DNA of 51,574 nucleotides from Macrostomum lignano (Eukaryota): NCBI GenBank assembly GCA_002269645.1, contig NIVC01004292.1, positions 1 to 51,574 of the forward strand, read 5' to 3'. Shown piece by piece: positions 8,567 to 18,614 of this stretch (position 1 is its first letter; each line of letters starts with the position of its first letter). The notes under the pieces were generated by a model. It saw only the letters and a program-made list of their open reading frames with translations, ran no database searches and was not told where the DNA came from. The position numbers and the translations under genes were made by a program.

Positions 8567-8916
8567 TCCTCTGACTCGTCAGATTCGTCGAGAAAGAAAT
8601 AGTGGAAGAAATTGTCGACTCTATTCTTTTCAACTGCACAAAGTATTTTGTCTGACAGGTGAAATTCGCAGTCTCCTTTTACGTACAGGCGCTTCCCGTC
8701 GATAACTTTGATAGATGCGCCGCCTCCGAGATCGTAATCTGTGCAGCTAGTGCCCAGAAATTTCATTCGATGCCATTGTGCTCGACTAAACACGGCTCCT
8801 GGACAGCTACAGTTTTGACAGTGGATGCGGAAACGCGGCTTGTTTGGGTCCCAATATCCCACTTCCAGCACTGCGTTGTCAACGTGGGTGTACACTATTT
8901 CCGATTGCCAGTACAT
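8563..8916 (-). CDS. Small protein with possible PC4/Sub1-like fold and acidic tail, ~117 aa
   Basis: VLEVGYW...RFRIH...GAVFSRAQWHRMK resembles PC4 GISLNPEQWSQLK. The ATG at 8916 is 39 bp below TATAAATAAA. Confidence 0.4.
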   Translation of the reverse strand: MYWQSEIVYTHVDNAVLEVGYWDPNKPRFRIHCQNCSCPGAVFSRAQWHRMKFLGTSCTDYDLGGGASIKVIDGKRLYVKGDCEFHLSDKILCAVEKNRVDNFFHYFFLDESDESEE

Positions 8917-8945
8917 TTCGATATTGTTGAGAAATACCAATTTTA

Positions 8946-8955
8946 TTTATTTATA
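8946..8955 (-). promoter_or_regulatory. TATAAATAAA box (also Fic stop codon and AATAAA)
   Basis: 39 bp upstream of ATG 8916. Confidence 0.6.
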
Positions 8956-9720
8956 GGCTGCCGTCTGAACAGATTTCCAACCATTCCCTCCACTGTAGAA
9001 CGGTTCTCTCAATTGATAAAAGTAAATACGCCGCTAGGAGCCCCCGGTTGCTGCTGCGCGCTTCGTAAAGACAGTTGAGATATGTGTCTCTATTTGCATA
9101 CGCAAATGATACGGGTTCTGGCAGAATCCGGTTGATCAACTTTGATAATAACAACCTAGCAGTTCTACCATTGCCGTCGCTAAAGGGGTGTATGGTGAGA
9201 AACTTTTCTAGGAAATATGCTCCTGTCACTACTGCATCACGCAAGATTTGTGGCTCTTTTATGTCTCTAGTTAATTTTACCAGCTGCCGTTCAATATTTT
9301 CTGGGCACTGTAATACATACTCGCGCCTGCTGGCTTGGCGTGCTTAATTCTATACGATCCTGCATTCGGGAGCAGTCCTCTACACACGCGTGTGTGAACT
9401 TGTCTAACAAACTCTGTGTCAATTAACCCCCTCGTGTCATTGAGGTGTTTTGCCGCACTCCATAGATTGGCTGTGACCATACAGGACCCGGTTTTTATCG
9501 CTTCTTCTGCTTCCTCCCAAGTCAACGCCACCTCTCTCTCCTCAATGTTTACTTCAGTTACGAATGCCAGCCGGGCTAGATACGTGAATTCTAAGCGCTC
9601 CTTTGCGGTCAATCCCTCGATTCTTTTCCTAGTGTCTGATAACAATCTTTCAATGAGGGGTAATCTGGCGCGCACGCTCTCGTTGCTGAAATAGGGGTTA
9701 TCAGTTATACCCTCTTCCAT
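8951..9720 (-). CDS. Fic (Fido) domain protein, ~256 aa after repairing a 1-bp deletion at 9303-9305
   Basis: Canonical HPFSDGNGRTAR motif, plus FVRQVH and AGSYR. The repaired junction reads YYSAPENIERQLVKL...AYFLEKFLTIHPF. Confidence 0.9.
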
Positions 9721-9751
9721 GTTCTCCATACAGAGGGTTTTGTACACTGCT

Positions 9752-9761
9752 TCTATTTATG
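9752..9761 (-). promoter_or_regulatory. TATA-like box CATAAATAGA upstream of the Fic gene
   Basis: 41 bp upstream of ATG 9720; one-base variant of the element's recurring box. Confidence 0.5.
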
Positions 9762-9855
9762 GTTGCATTAACACGTTGCTCGCGGCCTGTCTGTCCCTCT
9801 GCAGCCTGGGGGGCTCTCTATCACTCACCGCCGGTCTGTCCCTCTACCACCCCGG

Positions 9856-10454
9856 CCTGGGGAAGCTCTCTGTCCCTCCGTGTGACTCACACTCCCTCTC
9901 TGTCCACGCCGCGTGCTGCGACATGCCGGGGCAGCGCAGGGTGCCTCCACGCACTCTCTGTCCCAGCACCCCGTGTCTCTTTGTACCCCACCTCATACTG
10001 CTACAGGGGTCGCCTGTTATCTGTCCCCTGCTACAGGGGGATGGCGGCTCTCCACGCACTACCCCTCCTGCTACAGGGGCTGCTCTCTGTCCCCCGCATG
10101 GGGGGCCGGTTGCTCAGTGTACAGGGCTGCGTCAGCATCGGGGGTTTCCTTCCTACACTAACCGCGTGCACACGACATTGGTGGGAGGGGCGGGAATCCC
10201 CCCCCCCCGCCGGATGTACACCCCGAGGGAGGCCCATGCGCTGAAGGTACACTCGCTGGACGCCCAGCCGGCCGGATGTACACTCGCGGGAGGCCCACCC
10301 CGCTGGAGGTACACTCGCTGGACACCCACCCCGCTGGAGGTACACCCCGGGGGGAGGTGGTACACCCCGAGGGAGCACCTTGCCGCGGTGCTAGAGGCCG
10401 ACATCAGCCCGACGGACCTTCGCAAAATCGAGCCATCTGCCAGTCCTTAGTAGT
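9856..10454. repeat. Right TIR of the Polinton-like element
   Basis: Reverse complement of 1-583, verifiable to 10446. The following TTAGTAGT is probably the terminal microsatellite, but the exact end is uncertain. Confidence 0.92.
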
Positions 10455-11667
10455 CATGTTTTAGGACTCGGAAAAGTCTTCCGGTCCAGATGCTAGGCTA
10501 GAGAAGTCCATGTCTAAAAAACTCAATTACGCTCGTATTTCTGGCTTTCAAATCACATAGACAAAACAACAAACGTATATTTAACACAAGTGTGAATGCA
10601 TAGCCCGTCAATTATAGTTAATACAGTGACAGATAGAATTAATTAATTACAAGACCTTAAGTATTATAAATTACAAGTATAACTATCAAAGCTACAGTTG
10701 GCAAACATCGGCTAACGAACAGCTGTACTTACGCTCGTATATTTCAAATGTTTGTTCTGTTACTGCAAAGGCTACTGTGCTACTGTTTGATGGAGTAATC
10801 GCCGAAGCATCTTCCGAACTGTTCGATAGTGTACTTAGCAAAGTATCCAGCTTGGTCATTCAGAACTTCCAAGCTCATCTCATTCGATATGTCCTGGTAA
10901 ATAATTGGAGTCCGCGACATTTTAGCTCAAAACTTGTACCTCTTTTATAGCACAGAGACAAAAATTCGACAAAAATTGATGCTTTCATTTGGAATACAAG
11001 GAAGTCGTCCCTATGATATTAAAATTCATGCAGAAATGATTAGGAAAACAATCGTCAAACACAACAAAGCCTGAAACCAAACATCTACTTCATTTTAAAA
11101 CAGTAAAAGTCAGGACGATAGACAATGTTTCAGTTATCTTCAGACGTTTAACAAATGTCACTGTACTTTATTAGTGCAGGTTTTTTTCCGGTTTAATCTG
11201 GTTTTGCATATTAGCGATGCGGAAAAAGCTCCATTTAGATCGGACTTCTAAGGCAGCACAGAAGCGGGGAAGCCGAGCACCTCGTCTTCGCACAGGCTGA
11301 AAGCCACACCACGCAAGCGACTGATGAGGCGAACCCGACTGCCGTAGCCGACGCAAGTATTCACTGACAAAGCCTGCTTAAAAAATACGTGACAGTGGAC
11401 TACAATACTATATAATGATATATGTAGTATTGTATGATACTATATAATGAGTCAGTTTTTAGACTCAAATTCTCCTCTAGCTTTAAAAACTGCTAAAACT
11501 TCTGCACCACTCCTGAGTGCTACTCCGTTGAGCTGCCTATAGGAAAGCAGGGTCGCAACATGCACAGCGCGCCTCTCCTGCCATTACCATGATCATAGGC
11601 CGCAGCCCTCCCTCTCCAATTTGATTGTCAGAAGCAAATGGCATTCTTATTGCAGCAACTTTGGCAT

Positions 11668-14600
11668 CCCTGGTGCTGGCGCCCCTGGTGCTGGCGCCCC
11701 TGGTGCTGGCGCCCCTGGTGCTGGCGCCCCTGGTGCTGGCGCCCCTGGTGCTGGCGCCCCTGGTGCTGGCGCCCCTGGTGCTGGCGCCCCTGGTGCTGGC
11801 GCCCCTGGTGCTAAAGGCCCTGGTGCTAAAGGCCCTGGTGCTAAAGCCCCTGGTGCTAAAGCCTCTGGTGCTAAAGCCCCGGGTGCTAAAGGCCCTGGTG
11901 CCAAAGCCCCTGGTGCTAAAGCCTCTGGTGCTAAAGCCCCGGGTGCTAAAGGCCCTGGTGCTAAAGACCCTGGTGCTAAAGGCCCTGGTGCTAAAGGCCC
12001 TGGTGCTAAAGCCCCTGGTGCTAAAGGCCCTGGTGCTAAAGCCCCTGGTGCTAAAGCCCCTGGTGCTGGCGCCCCTGGTGCTGGCGCCCCTGGTGCTGGC
12101 GCCCCTGGTGCTAAAGGCCCTGGTGCTAAAGGCCCTGGTGCTAAAGCCCCTGGTGCTGGCGCCCCTGGCGCTGGCGCCCCTGGTGCTGGCGCCCCTGGTG
12201 CTGGCGCCCCTGGTGCTGGCGCCCCTGGTGCTGGCGCCCCTGGTGCTGGCGCCCCTGGTGCTGGCGCCCCTGGTGCTGGCGCCCCTGGTGCTGGCGCCCC
12301 TGGTGCTGGCGCCCCTGGTGCTGGCGCCCCTGGTGCTGGCGCCCCTGGTGCTGGCGCCCCTGGTGCTGGCGCCCCTGGTGCTGGCGCCCCTGGTGCTGGC
12401 GCCCCTGGTGCTGGCGCCCCTGGTGCTGGCGCCCCTGGTGCTGGCGCCCCTGGTGCTGGCGCCCCTGGTGCTGGCGCCCCTGGTGCTGGCGCCCCTGGTG
12501 CTAAAGGCCCTGGTGCTAAAGCCCCTGGTGCTATAGCCCCTGGTGCTAAAGGCCCTGGTGCTAAAGGCCCTGGTGCTAAAGCCCCTGGTGCTGGCGCCCC
12601 TGGTGCTAAAGCCCCTGGTGCTGGCGCCCCTGGTGCTGGCGCCCCTGGTGCTGGCGCCCCTGGTGCTAAAGGCCCTGGTGCTAAAGGCCCTGGTGCTAAA
12701 GGCCCTGGTGCTAAAGCCCCTGGTGCTAAAGCCTCTGGTGCTAAAGCCCCGGGTGCTAAAGGCCCTGGTGCTAAAGACCCTGGTGCTAAAGGCCCTGGTG
12801 CTAAAGGCCCTGGTGCTAAAGGCCCTGGTGCTAAAGGCCCTGGTGCTAAAGGCCCTGGTGCTAAAGGCCCTGGTGCTAAAGGCCCTGGTGCTAAAGCCCC
12901 TGGTGCTAAAGGCCCTGGTGCTAAAGCCCCTGGTGCTAAAGGCCCTGGTGCTAAAGCCCTGGTGCTAAAGGCCCTGGTGCTAAAGGCCCTGGTGCTAAAG
13001 CCCCTGGTGCTAAAGCCTCTGGTGCTAAAGCCCCGGGTGCTAAAGGCCCTGGTGCTAAAGACCCTGGTGCTAAAGGCCCTGGTGCTAAAGCCCCTGGTGC
13101 TAAAGGCCCTGGTGCTAAAGCCCCTGGTGCTAAAGGCCCTGGTGCTAAAAGCCCTGGTGCTAAAGGCCCTGGTGCTAAAGGCCCTGGTGCTAAAGCCCCT
13201 GGTGCTAAAGGCCCTGGTGCTAAAGCCCCTGGTGCTAAAGCCCCTGGTGCTGGCGCCCCTGGTGCTAAAGGCCCTGGTGCTAAAGGCCCTGGTGCTAAAG
13301 CCCCTGGTGCTAAAGGCCCTGGTGCTAAAGCCCCTGGTGCTAAAGGCCCTGGTGCTGGCGCCCCTGGTGCTAAAGGCCCTGGTGCTAAAGGCCCTGGTGC
13401 TAAAGCCCCGGGTGCTAAAGGCCCTGGTGCTAAAGGCCCTGGTGCTAAAGCCCCTGGTGCTAAAGCCCCTGGTGCTAAAGCCCCTGGTGCTAAAGGCCCT
13501 GGTGCTAAAGGCCCTGGTGCTAAAGCCCCTGGTGCTAAAGCCCCTGGTGCTAAAGCCCCTGGTGCTGGCGCCCCTGGTGCTAAAGGCCCTGGTGCTAAAG
13601 GCCCTGGTGCTAAAGCCCCTGGTGCTAAAGGCCCTGGTGCTAAAGGCCCTGGTGCTAAAGCCCCTGGTGCTAAAGCCCCTGGTGCTAAAGGCCCTGGTGC
13701 TAAAGCCCCTGGTGCTAAAGCCTCTGGTGCTAAAGCCCCGGGTGCTAAAGGCCCTGGTGCCAAAGCCCCTGGTGCTAAAGCCTCTGGTGCTAAAGGCCCT
13801 GGTGCTAAAGGCCCTGGTGCTAAAGGCCCTGGTGCTAAAGCCCCTGGTGCTAAAGGCCCTGGTGCTAAAGCCCCTGGTGCTAAAGCCCCTGGTGCTAAAG
13901 CCCCTGGTGCTGGCGCCCCTGGTGCTGGCGCCCCTGGTGCTAAAGGCCCTGGTGCTAAAGGCCCTGGTGCTAAAGCCCCTGGTGCTGGCGCCCCTGGTGC
14001 TGGCGCCCCTGGTGCTGGCGCCCCTGGTGCTGGCGCCCCTGGCGCTGGCGCCCCTGGTGCTGGCGCCCCTGGCGCTGGCGCCCCTGGTGCTGGCGCCCTG
14101 GTGCTGGCGCCCCTGGTGCTGGCGCCCCTGGTGCTGGCGCCCCTGGTGCTGGCGCCCCTGGTGCTGGCGCCCCTGGTGCTGGCGCCCCTGGTGCTGGCGC
14201 CCCTGGTGCTGGCGCCCCTGGTGCTGGCGCCCTGGTGCTGGCGCCCCTGGTGCTGGCGCCCCTGGTGCTGGCGCCCCTGGTGCTGGCGCCCCTGGTGCTG
14301 GCGCCCCTGGTGCTGGCGCCCCTGGTGCTGGCGCCCCTGGTGCTGGCGCCCCTGGTGCTGGCGCCCCTGGTGCTGGCGCCCCTGGTGCTGGCGCCCCTGG
14401 TGCTGGCGCCCCTGGTGCTGGCGCCCCTGGTGCTGGCGCCCCTGGTGCTGGCGCCCCTGGTGCTAAAGCCCCTGGTGCTAAAGCCCCTGGTGCTGGCGCC
14501 CCTGGTGCTAAAGGCCCTGGTGCTAAAGGCCCTGGTGCTATAGCCCCTGGTGCTAAAGGCCCTGGTGCTAAAGGCCCTGGTGCTAAAGCCCCTGGTGCTG

Positions 14601-15750
14601 GCGCCCCTGGTGCTAAAGCCCCTGGTGCTGGCGCCCCTGGTGCTGGCGCCCCTGGTGCTGGCGCCCCTGGTGCTAAAGGCCCTGGTGCTAAAGGCCCTGG
14701 TGCTAAAGGCCCTGGTGCTAAAGCCCCTGGTGCTAAAGCCTCTGGTGCTAAAGCCCCGGGTGCTAAAGGCCCTGGTGCTAAAGACCCTGGTGCTAAAGGC
14801 CCTGGTGCTAAAGGCCCTGGTGCTAAAGGCCCTGGTGCTAAAGGCCCTGGTGCTAAAGGCCCTGGTGCTAAAGGCCCTGGTGCTAAAGCCCCTGGTGCTA
14901 AAGGCCCTGGTGCTAAAGCCCCTGGTGCTAAAGGCCCTGGTGCTAAAGGCCCTGGTGCTAAAGGCCCTGGTGCTAAAGGCCCTGGTGCTAAAGCCCCTGG
15001 TGCTAAAGCCTCTGGTGCTAAAGCCCCGGGTGCTAAAGGCCCTGGTGCTAAAGACCCTGGTGCTAAAGGCCCTGGTGCTAAAGCCCCTGGTGCTAAAGGC
15101 CCTGGTGCTAAAGCCCCTGGTGCTAAAGGCCCTGGTGCTAAAGGCCCTGGTGCTAAAGGCCCTGGTGCTAAAGGCCCTGGTGCTAAAGCCCCTGGTGCTA
15201 AAGGCCCTGGTGCTAAAGCCCCTGGTGCTAAAGCCCCTGGTGCTAAAGCCCCTGGTGCTAAAGGCCCTGGTGCTAAAGGCCCTGGTGCTAAAGGCCCTGG
15301 TGCTAAAGGCCCTGGTGCTAAAGCCCCTGGTGCTAAAGGCCCTGGTGCTGGCGCCCCTGGTGCTAAAGCCCCTGGTGCTGGCGCCCCTGGTGCTAAAGGC
15401 CCTGGTGCTAAAGGCCCTGGTGCTAAAGCCCCTGGTGCTAAAGCCCCTGGTGCTAAAGCCCCTGGTGCTAAAGCCCCTGGTGCTAAAGCCCCTGGTGCTA
15501 AAGCCCCTGGTGCTAAAGCCCCTGGTGCTAAAGCCCTGGTGCTAAAGCCCCTGGTGCTAAAGCCCCTGGTGCTAAAGCCCCTGGTGCTAAAGCCCCTGGT
15601 GCTAAAGCCCCTGGTGCTAAAGGCCCTGGTGCTAAAGCCCCTGGTGCTAAAGCCTCTTGTGCTAAAGCCCCGGGTGCTAAAGGCCCTGGTGCTAAAGACC
15701 CTGGTGCTAAAGGCCCTGGTGCTAAAGCCCCGGGTGCTAAAGGCTCTGGT
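11668..15750. repeat. 15-bp minisatellite (CCTGGTGCT-GGCGCC / AAAGCC / AAAGGC), ~4.1 kb with higher-order structure
   Basis: Direct reading. A rare ATA variant unit occurs at 12533 and 14540, implying a ~2-kb internal duplication. Confidence 0.97.
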
Positions 15751-15964
15751 ACTAGCGCGCCACTCGAACGATAGAGTACTCGTATATCGTACTCGTAGAT
15801 TTCGTCACATCTGGGATTTTTCTACCTCAATATTCTAAAATGCCGTTTTTAACATTGTAGTTTACTAGGCACCATGAAGAAGATGTGAAGTTGTTATTTT
15901 TTGGTTGTTATTCAAATTACGGTACTACGTACTTAAAAACGGAGTCCTTAAATGCCATGCATTA

Positions 15965-16628
15965 AACTGCTCAGTCACCGTGCTCGTAACGGTCTGGTGG
16001 ATGTACCGTGTTCCGGACGTACCGATATACGAGCTTTCCCTCCAGCAGCTTCATCGATGCGAGAGTCTGGCGCACTCACTGGATCGCGGCCTGCAGCGTG
16101 TCAGGGTCTTGCAGCAAGAAATTCTCAAGCACCCTGTCCGGAACTCGAATCCCCTTTAAGAATCGGTCTTTTGCTAGCTCATCCCTTTGCTCCACTGGCA
16201 GAGCCGGATATGCCTTACGCATGAGCTCCCTGAGAGAGTCAGCGTAAACCTCTAGTGCTTCCCCCTCTCTCTGACTCCTGTTTTGAAATTCTGTCTTGTA
16301 GTCCTAAGGGTGTGCGATTCTGACTGAAGCGAGCCTCCAGCTGCTCCACAAACTCTGCGTAGTCCAAGTCATCATCCAGCTCGAGATTGGCCACTGCTTT
16401 AAAAGCCGTGCCAAAGTCCAACAGACTCAGCAAGTTCTGCTTCCGCTGATCCTCAGGGATCTGAGCAGCCTCGCAGTACGTGGTAAACTGTTGCAACCAC
16501 AAAGCAAAATCTTGAGTCGGCACATACTTATTAGGACGTGGAACGCGCTGGCCCACGTTCAACTGCTCCTGGATTCTCGCTGTCAAAGCACCGATAAGAT
16601 CGTCTAAATTGGCCATGATCGCTTGCAC
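15965..16628 (-). pseudogene. Truncated retrotransposon gag (capsid domain) with frameshift and premature stop
   Basis: DFALWLQQF..YC...LLSLL...LEARF, then in a shifted frame QREGEALEVYADSLRELMRKAYP...LAKDRFLKGI. Frameshift near 16305; in-frame TGA later. Confidence 0.75.
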
Positions 16629-17108
16629 AAACTAATTCTAACGCAAAACTAATTCTAACGCACTAAATCACTAATTCACTAATGCACTACCCCAGACAAC
16701 ACAGACAGAAATCTAACAGAAACCCTAACTGGAATCCTGGTCACGGGACCAGTTGTTGTGAGCCCCGTCCTCGAGAGCGACGCCTACAGCTGAACCCTGT
16801 TGGGAAGCTGCGACCCCCAGGTCCCCAGTCAGCTCCCTGTCCCGTGTCCCAGGGAGAAGCAGGAAAACGACAGAGCAGAACTCACGTGCTTCCGCGCAAA
16901 AGCCGATACAATTCGCACTTGCTATGTGCTTTGGTAGACAAGTAAGTTTGTTTTGAAGTAGCCAACGATAGGACCAAGAGAACGCAAGGGCGCGGCTGCC
17001 CACTAGACAGCAAATTCATTATATTTATTATCTGACCTACGCGTACATGAATACTTTTAGAACAAACGTACGGTACGGTAGCGTGAGGTGGTGCGAGGTG
17101 GCGTGACA
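15965..17108 (-). mobile_element. LTR retrotransposon 5' remnant: LTR ~16754-17108, tRNA-His-type PBS ~16732-16751, partial gag
   Basis: Minus strand TGTCAC...CAACA followed by TGGTCCCGTGACCAGGATTC, complementary (1 mismatch) to the metazoan tRNA-His 3' end GAATCCTGGTCACGGCACCA. No pol or second LTR. Confidence 0.6.
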
Positions 17109-17199
17109 GGCGTACGCATTGATTATTGATTGGAGGGGTGGGGCAGACTGGAAGGGTTGGGGCGGGGCAGGAGGGCGAAAAAAACACGATTGCACAACA

Positions 17200-17983
17200 A
17201 TATGGTACAGCTGATCAAGGGAAGCTGGCTGCTGCCTCTGAATGTCCGGCTCAACCGGCCAGTTCCACAGATTTTCAATTGGATTGAGGTCTGGTGACTG
17301 CGCTGGCAATGCAGTCCATGGCTCGGATGTTGTTCTCAGCGAGCCATGCCTTCACAACCTTGGAGGTGTGCTTCAGATCGTTGTCCTGCTGAAACTGCAA
17401 GCTGTCCACTGTACACAGTGGCAACGCATCTGCTGAGGATGTCACGGTACTTCTGACTGCCCAATGCCTTCAATGAGAGTAATTGGCCCAGGCCCAGCTC
17501 TGGAGAATGCAGCCCACACCATGACATCTAGTCACTCCAGATGACCTTGGCCCAGTGCTGGGGGTGTCCAGCTTGCATGCTGCTTTGCTCAGTTTAAGCG
17601 CCGCTTTCGATTTTTGTCGGAGATAAATGGCTTCTTCCTAGCAATGCGGCCATGCAGTCTAGCAGCTACCAGACGGCGGTGGACAGTCATTGGGTGCAGC
17701 TAGACACCACTGGACACCAGAAGTTCACGGCTGATGTCCACAACGGTGAGCCGACGGTTGGACTTAGACATTTGCACAATTTGTCGATCCAGTCGGTGGT
17801 CAGTTTTCAGTGCCCTGCCAGGTCTTGGGGCACAGCCTGTGCTGCCAGTGCTGCTGAGGCGCCTGAGTGCTTGCTGGACGGACGTTTTCGACTTTTCCCA
17901 GCTGCCTGGCTATGGCACGCTGGGAAACACCTTGGTCGAACAGGCCTTGATTTTCCTTGATTTATTTCTGTTGTTTTAAACAT
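17200..17983 (-). pseudogene. Degenerate Tc1/mariner transposase with internal deletion
   Basis: HTH region (SQRAIARQLG...TVHRRL...IARKKPFIS...RRL), FQQDND.KHTS and AQSPDLNPIENLW motifs, with frameshifts and stops. Confidence 0.85.
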
Positions 17984-18154
17984 GTAAAAAATGTCATATT
18001 TTTACGCTATGTAGTTGACTTCTTCATTTCCATTCGCAAATATTTATGTATTAAGCTCTGGTGAAACAAAAGCATTGGTGCAACTGCAACAAACAAAGGA
18101 AACTGTGTCACAGCTGCTGTTAGCAGGTACACTCATTGTGACAGAGAAGAAGTA

Positions 18155-18500
18155 TCACTGTGTCACTCAGGATGTCACTGCTTTATTCAGGATGTCACTG
18201 TGCCACTCGGGATTCAGGATGTCTCTGTGTCACTCAGGATGTCACTTTGTCACTCAGGATGTCACTTTGTCACTCAGGATGTCACTTTGTCACTCAGGAT
18301 GTCACTGTATCACTCAGAATGTTATTGTTTCCTTAAGAGTGACACCGTTTCACTCAGGATGTCACTGTTTTATTCAGGATGTCACTGTTTTATTCAGGAT
18401 GTCACTGTGCCACTCAGGATTCAGGATGTCTCTGTGTCACTCAGGATGTCACTGTGCCACTCAGGATGTCACTGTGCCACTCGTAACATCCTGTGTCACA
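18155..18500. repeat. ~20-bp tandem repeat (TCACTCAGGATGTCACTGTG)
   Basis: Direct reading. Confidence 0.9.
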
Positions 18501-18614
18501 GTTACGGTACTATATTTTATGGGTATTTTTTTATATTTTTACAAAGTTTGAGAATGAGAGTTTACTGAAATCGTAATTTATCCAAATATCATTGACAAAG
18601 TTCTTAAAGTTAAT

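Larger units (their letters stand above)
1..10454 (-). mobile_element. Endogenous Polinton/Maverick (adintovirus-like) element without a DNA polymerase gene
   Basis: Long TIRs at both ends plus rve integrase, major and minor capsid, adenain protease and A32-like ATPase. The window starts a few bases inside the left TIR, so the left terminus and TSD are not visible. Confidence 0.93.

Noticed and set aside
755-9694. Plus-strand and alternate-frame ORFs within the viral genes (e.g. 795-1049, 4115-4477, 8659-9078, 9416-9694)
   Set aside because: They are shadow ORFs of real minus-strand genes, mostly with non-ATG starts and no motifs.
1773-9747. Programmed ribosomal frameshifting as the explanation for split MCP, integrase and Fic
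   Set aside because: No slippery heptamers are present, the breaks fall mid-domain, and the same single-base losses distinguish the two TIRs, which points to sequencing error.
7282-9747. A hidden or degraded pPolB or helicase in the accessory arm
   Set aside because: No Exo or Pol motifs (DxE, YxDTDS, KxxxNSxYG) or a second Walker A were seen in any provided frame, and the space is fully occupied by short ORFs.
11621-15838. 1405-aa ORF as a collagen/silk gene
   Set aside because: It has a TTG start, no signal peptide and a 5-residue rather than Gly-X-Y period. It switches repeat frame mid-ORF, and an unexpanded paralogous site exists. Kept only as a low-probability finding.
17100-18150. TIRs and TA target duplication for the Tc1 remnant
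   Set aside because: No convincing inverted pair could be found by eye, so the element boundaries are left undefined.
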